Positions 63,488-64,000 of a stretch of DNA of 64,000 bases are shown here, in pieces. The stretch comes from an uncultured Acidobacteriota bacterium (lineage in GTDB: Bacteria > Acidobacteriota > Thermoanaerobaculia > UBA5066), in the NCBI GenBank assembly GCA_963779415.1, contig CAVZYA010000002.1, positions 1,376,001 to 1,440,000 on the forward strand. Reading direction: 5' to 3'. Under the pieces are notes generated by a model that was given only the letters and a program-made list of their open reading frames with translations, was not told the origin of the DNA and made no database searches. A program made the translations under genes and the position numbers. Position 1 is the stretch's first letter. Each line of letters opens with the position of its first letter.

Positions 63488-64000
63488 GCCCGAGCCTCGT
63501 TCGTCTTCCTCGGCCACATCTCGCCGACTGCCGTGATCGAGAGGCCGCCCGCGACGAAGACGATCAGAAGCCAGGCGGCGTGGTAGAGGAGGGCTGCGGC
63601 CGCGGTCGGGCCTGCCGGCTGGCCGAGAGCGGTCGCGAAGACGAGGGTGCCGTACCACTCGGCGGACCCGACGCCGGCCGGCGGCGCCGGGACGACGGCA
63701 AGCAGGTCGAGGAGAGCCGTCCCGACGATCGCGACGACAAAGGGCAGGCGATGACCGGCCGCGTGAAAGAGGGCGGAGAGCCCGGCCGCCTGCGCCAAGA
63801 GGGAGCCGAGCGAGAGGGCGAGGAGCTTCGCGGCGAGGGCCGGTCGGATCCCGAGGGTCACGGTGGCGTCCGCGAAGGAGCGAAGCGTCCGGGCCACCGG
63901 CTCCTGCGCGCGGAGCGGCACGACGCGGAGCAGCGGCGACAGAAGCTTCGCGAGGTGGTCGCCGTGGCGACTCCATGCGAGGAGCAGGGCCGCGGCCGCA
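63484..64000 (-). CDS. Lysylphosphatidylglycerol-synthase-TM / flippase-like membrane protein, 3' part (runs off window end)
   Basis: Hydrophobic helices; PAPPAGVGSAE motif; ATGA overlap with the epimerase. Confidence 0.7.
   Translation of the reverse strand, partial: AAAALLLAWSRHGDHLAKLLSPLLRVVPLRAQEPVARTLRSFADATVTLGIRPALAAKLLALSLGSLLAQAAGLSALFHAAGHRLPFVVAIVGTALLDLLAVVPAPPAGVGSAEWYGTLVFATALGQPAGPTAAAALLYHAAWLLIVFVAGGLSITAVGEMWPRKTNEARA

Overview
High-GC (roughly 70% by eye) bacterial chromosomal window, probably Acidobacteriota/Thermoanaerobaculia-like; this is inferred from the Ser/Thr kinase-TolB-TPR architecture, the secreted-domain family at 8 kb and the ECF/anti-sigma module. Most genes are housekeeping: pyrRBC, ClC, suhB, fadD, arylsulfatase, glgA, mtgA, lat, a moxR-DUF58-bat operon, trxA, rsmA-uppP-ftsK, a metY-aspartokinase-metX operon, HU, fmt-rsmB, CIRCE-groESL, vapBC, gmhB and membrane glycosyltransferases. 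Many genes at 18-27, 31.7, 43-46, 54 and 58-61 kb are broken by indels that look like long-read assembly errors. No rRNA, tRNA, CRISPR array or transposase was seen. Four observations stand out. (1) A complete-looking ribosome-mediated attenuator precedes the methionine operon: a promoter, a 33-aa leader peptide with M-E-M-S-M-W-M-C, mutually exclusive 1:2/2:3/3:4 helices and an intrinsic terminator. (2) A ~92-bp palindromic DNA element sits in frame inside fmt, with degenerate pieces inside an MFS gene. (3) A five-gene operon combines a homoisocitrate-dehydrogenase-like enzyme, an HMG-CoA-lyase-like enzyme, a class III CoA-transferase and a two-subunit aconitase, 4 kb from lysine 6-transaminase. 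(4) Leaderless-type promoters are pervasive.
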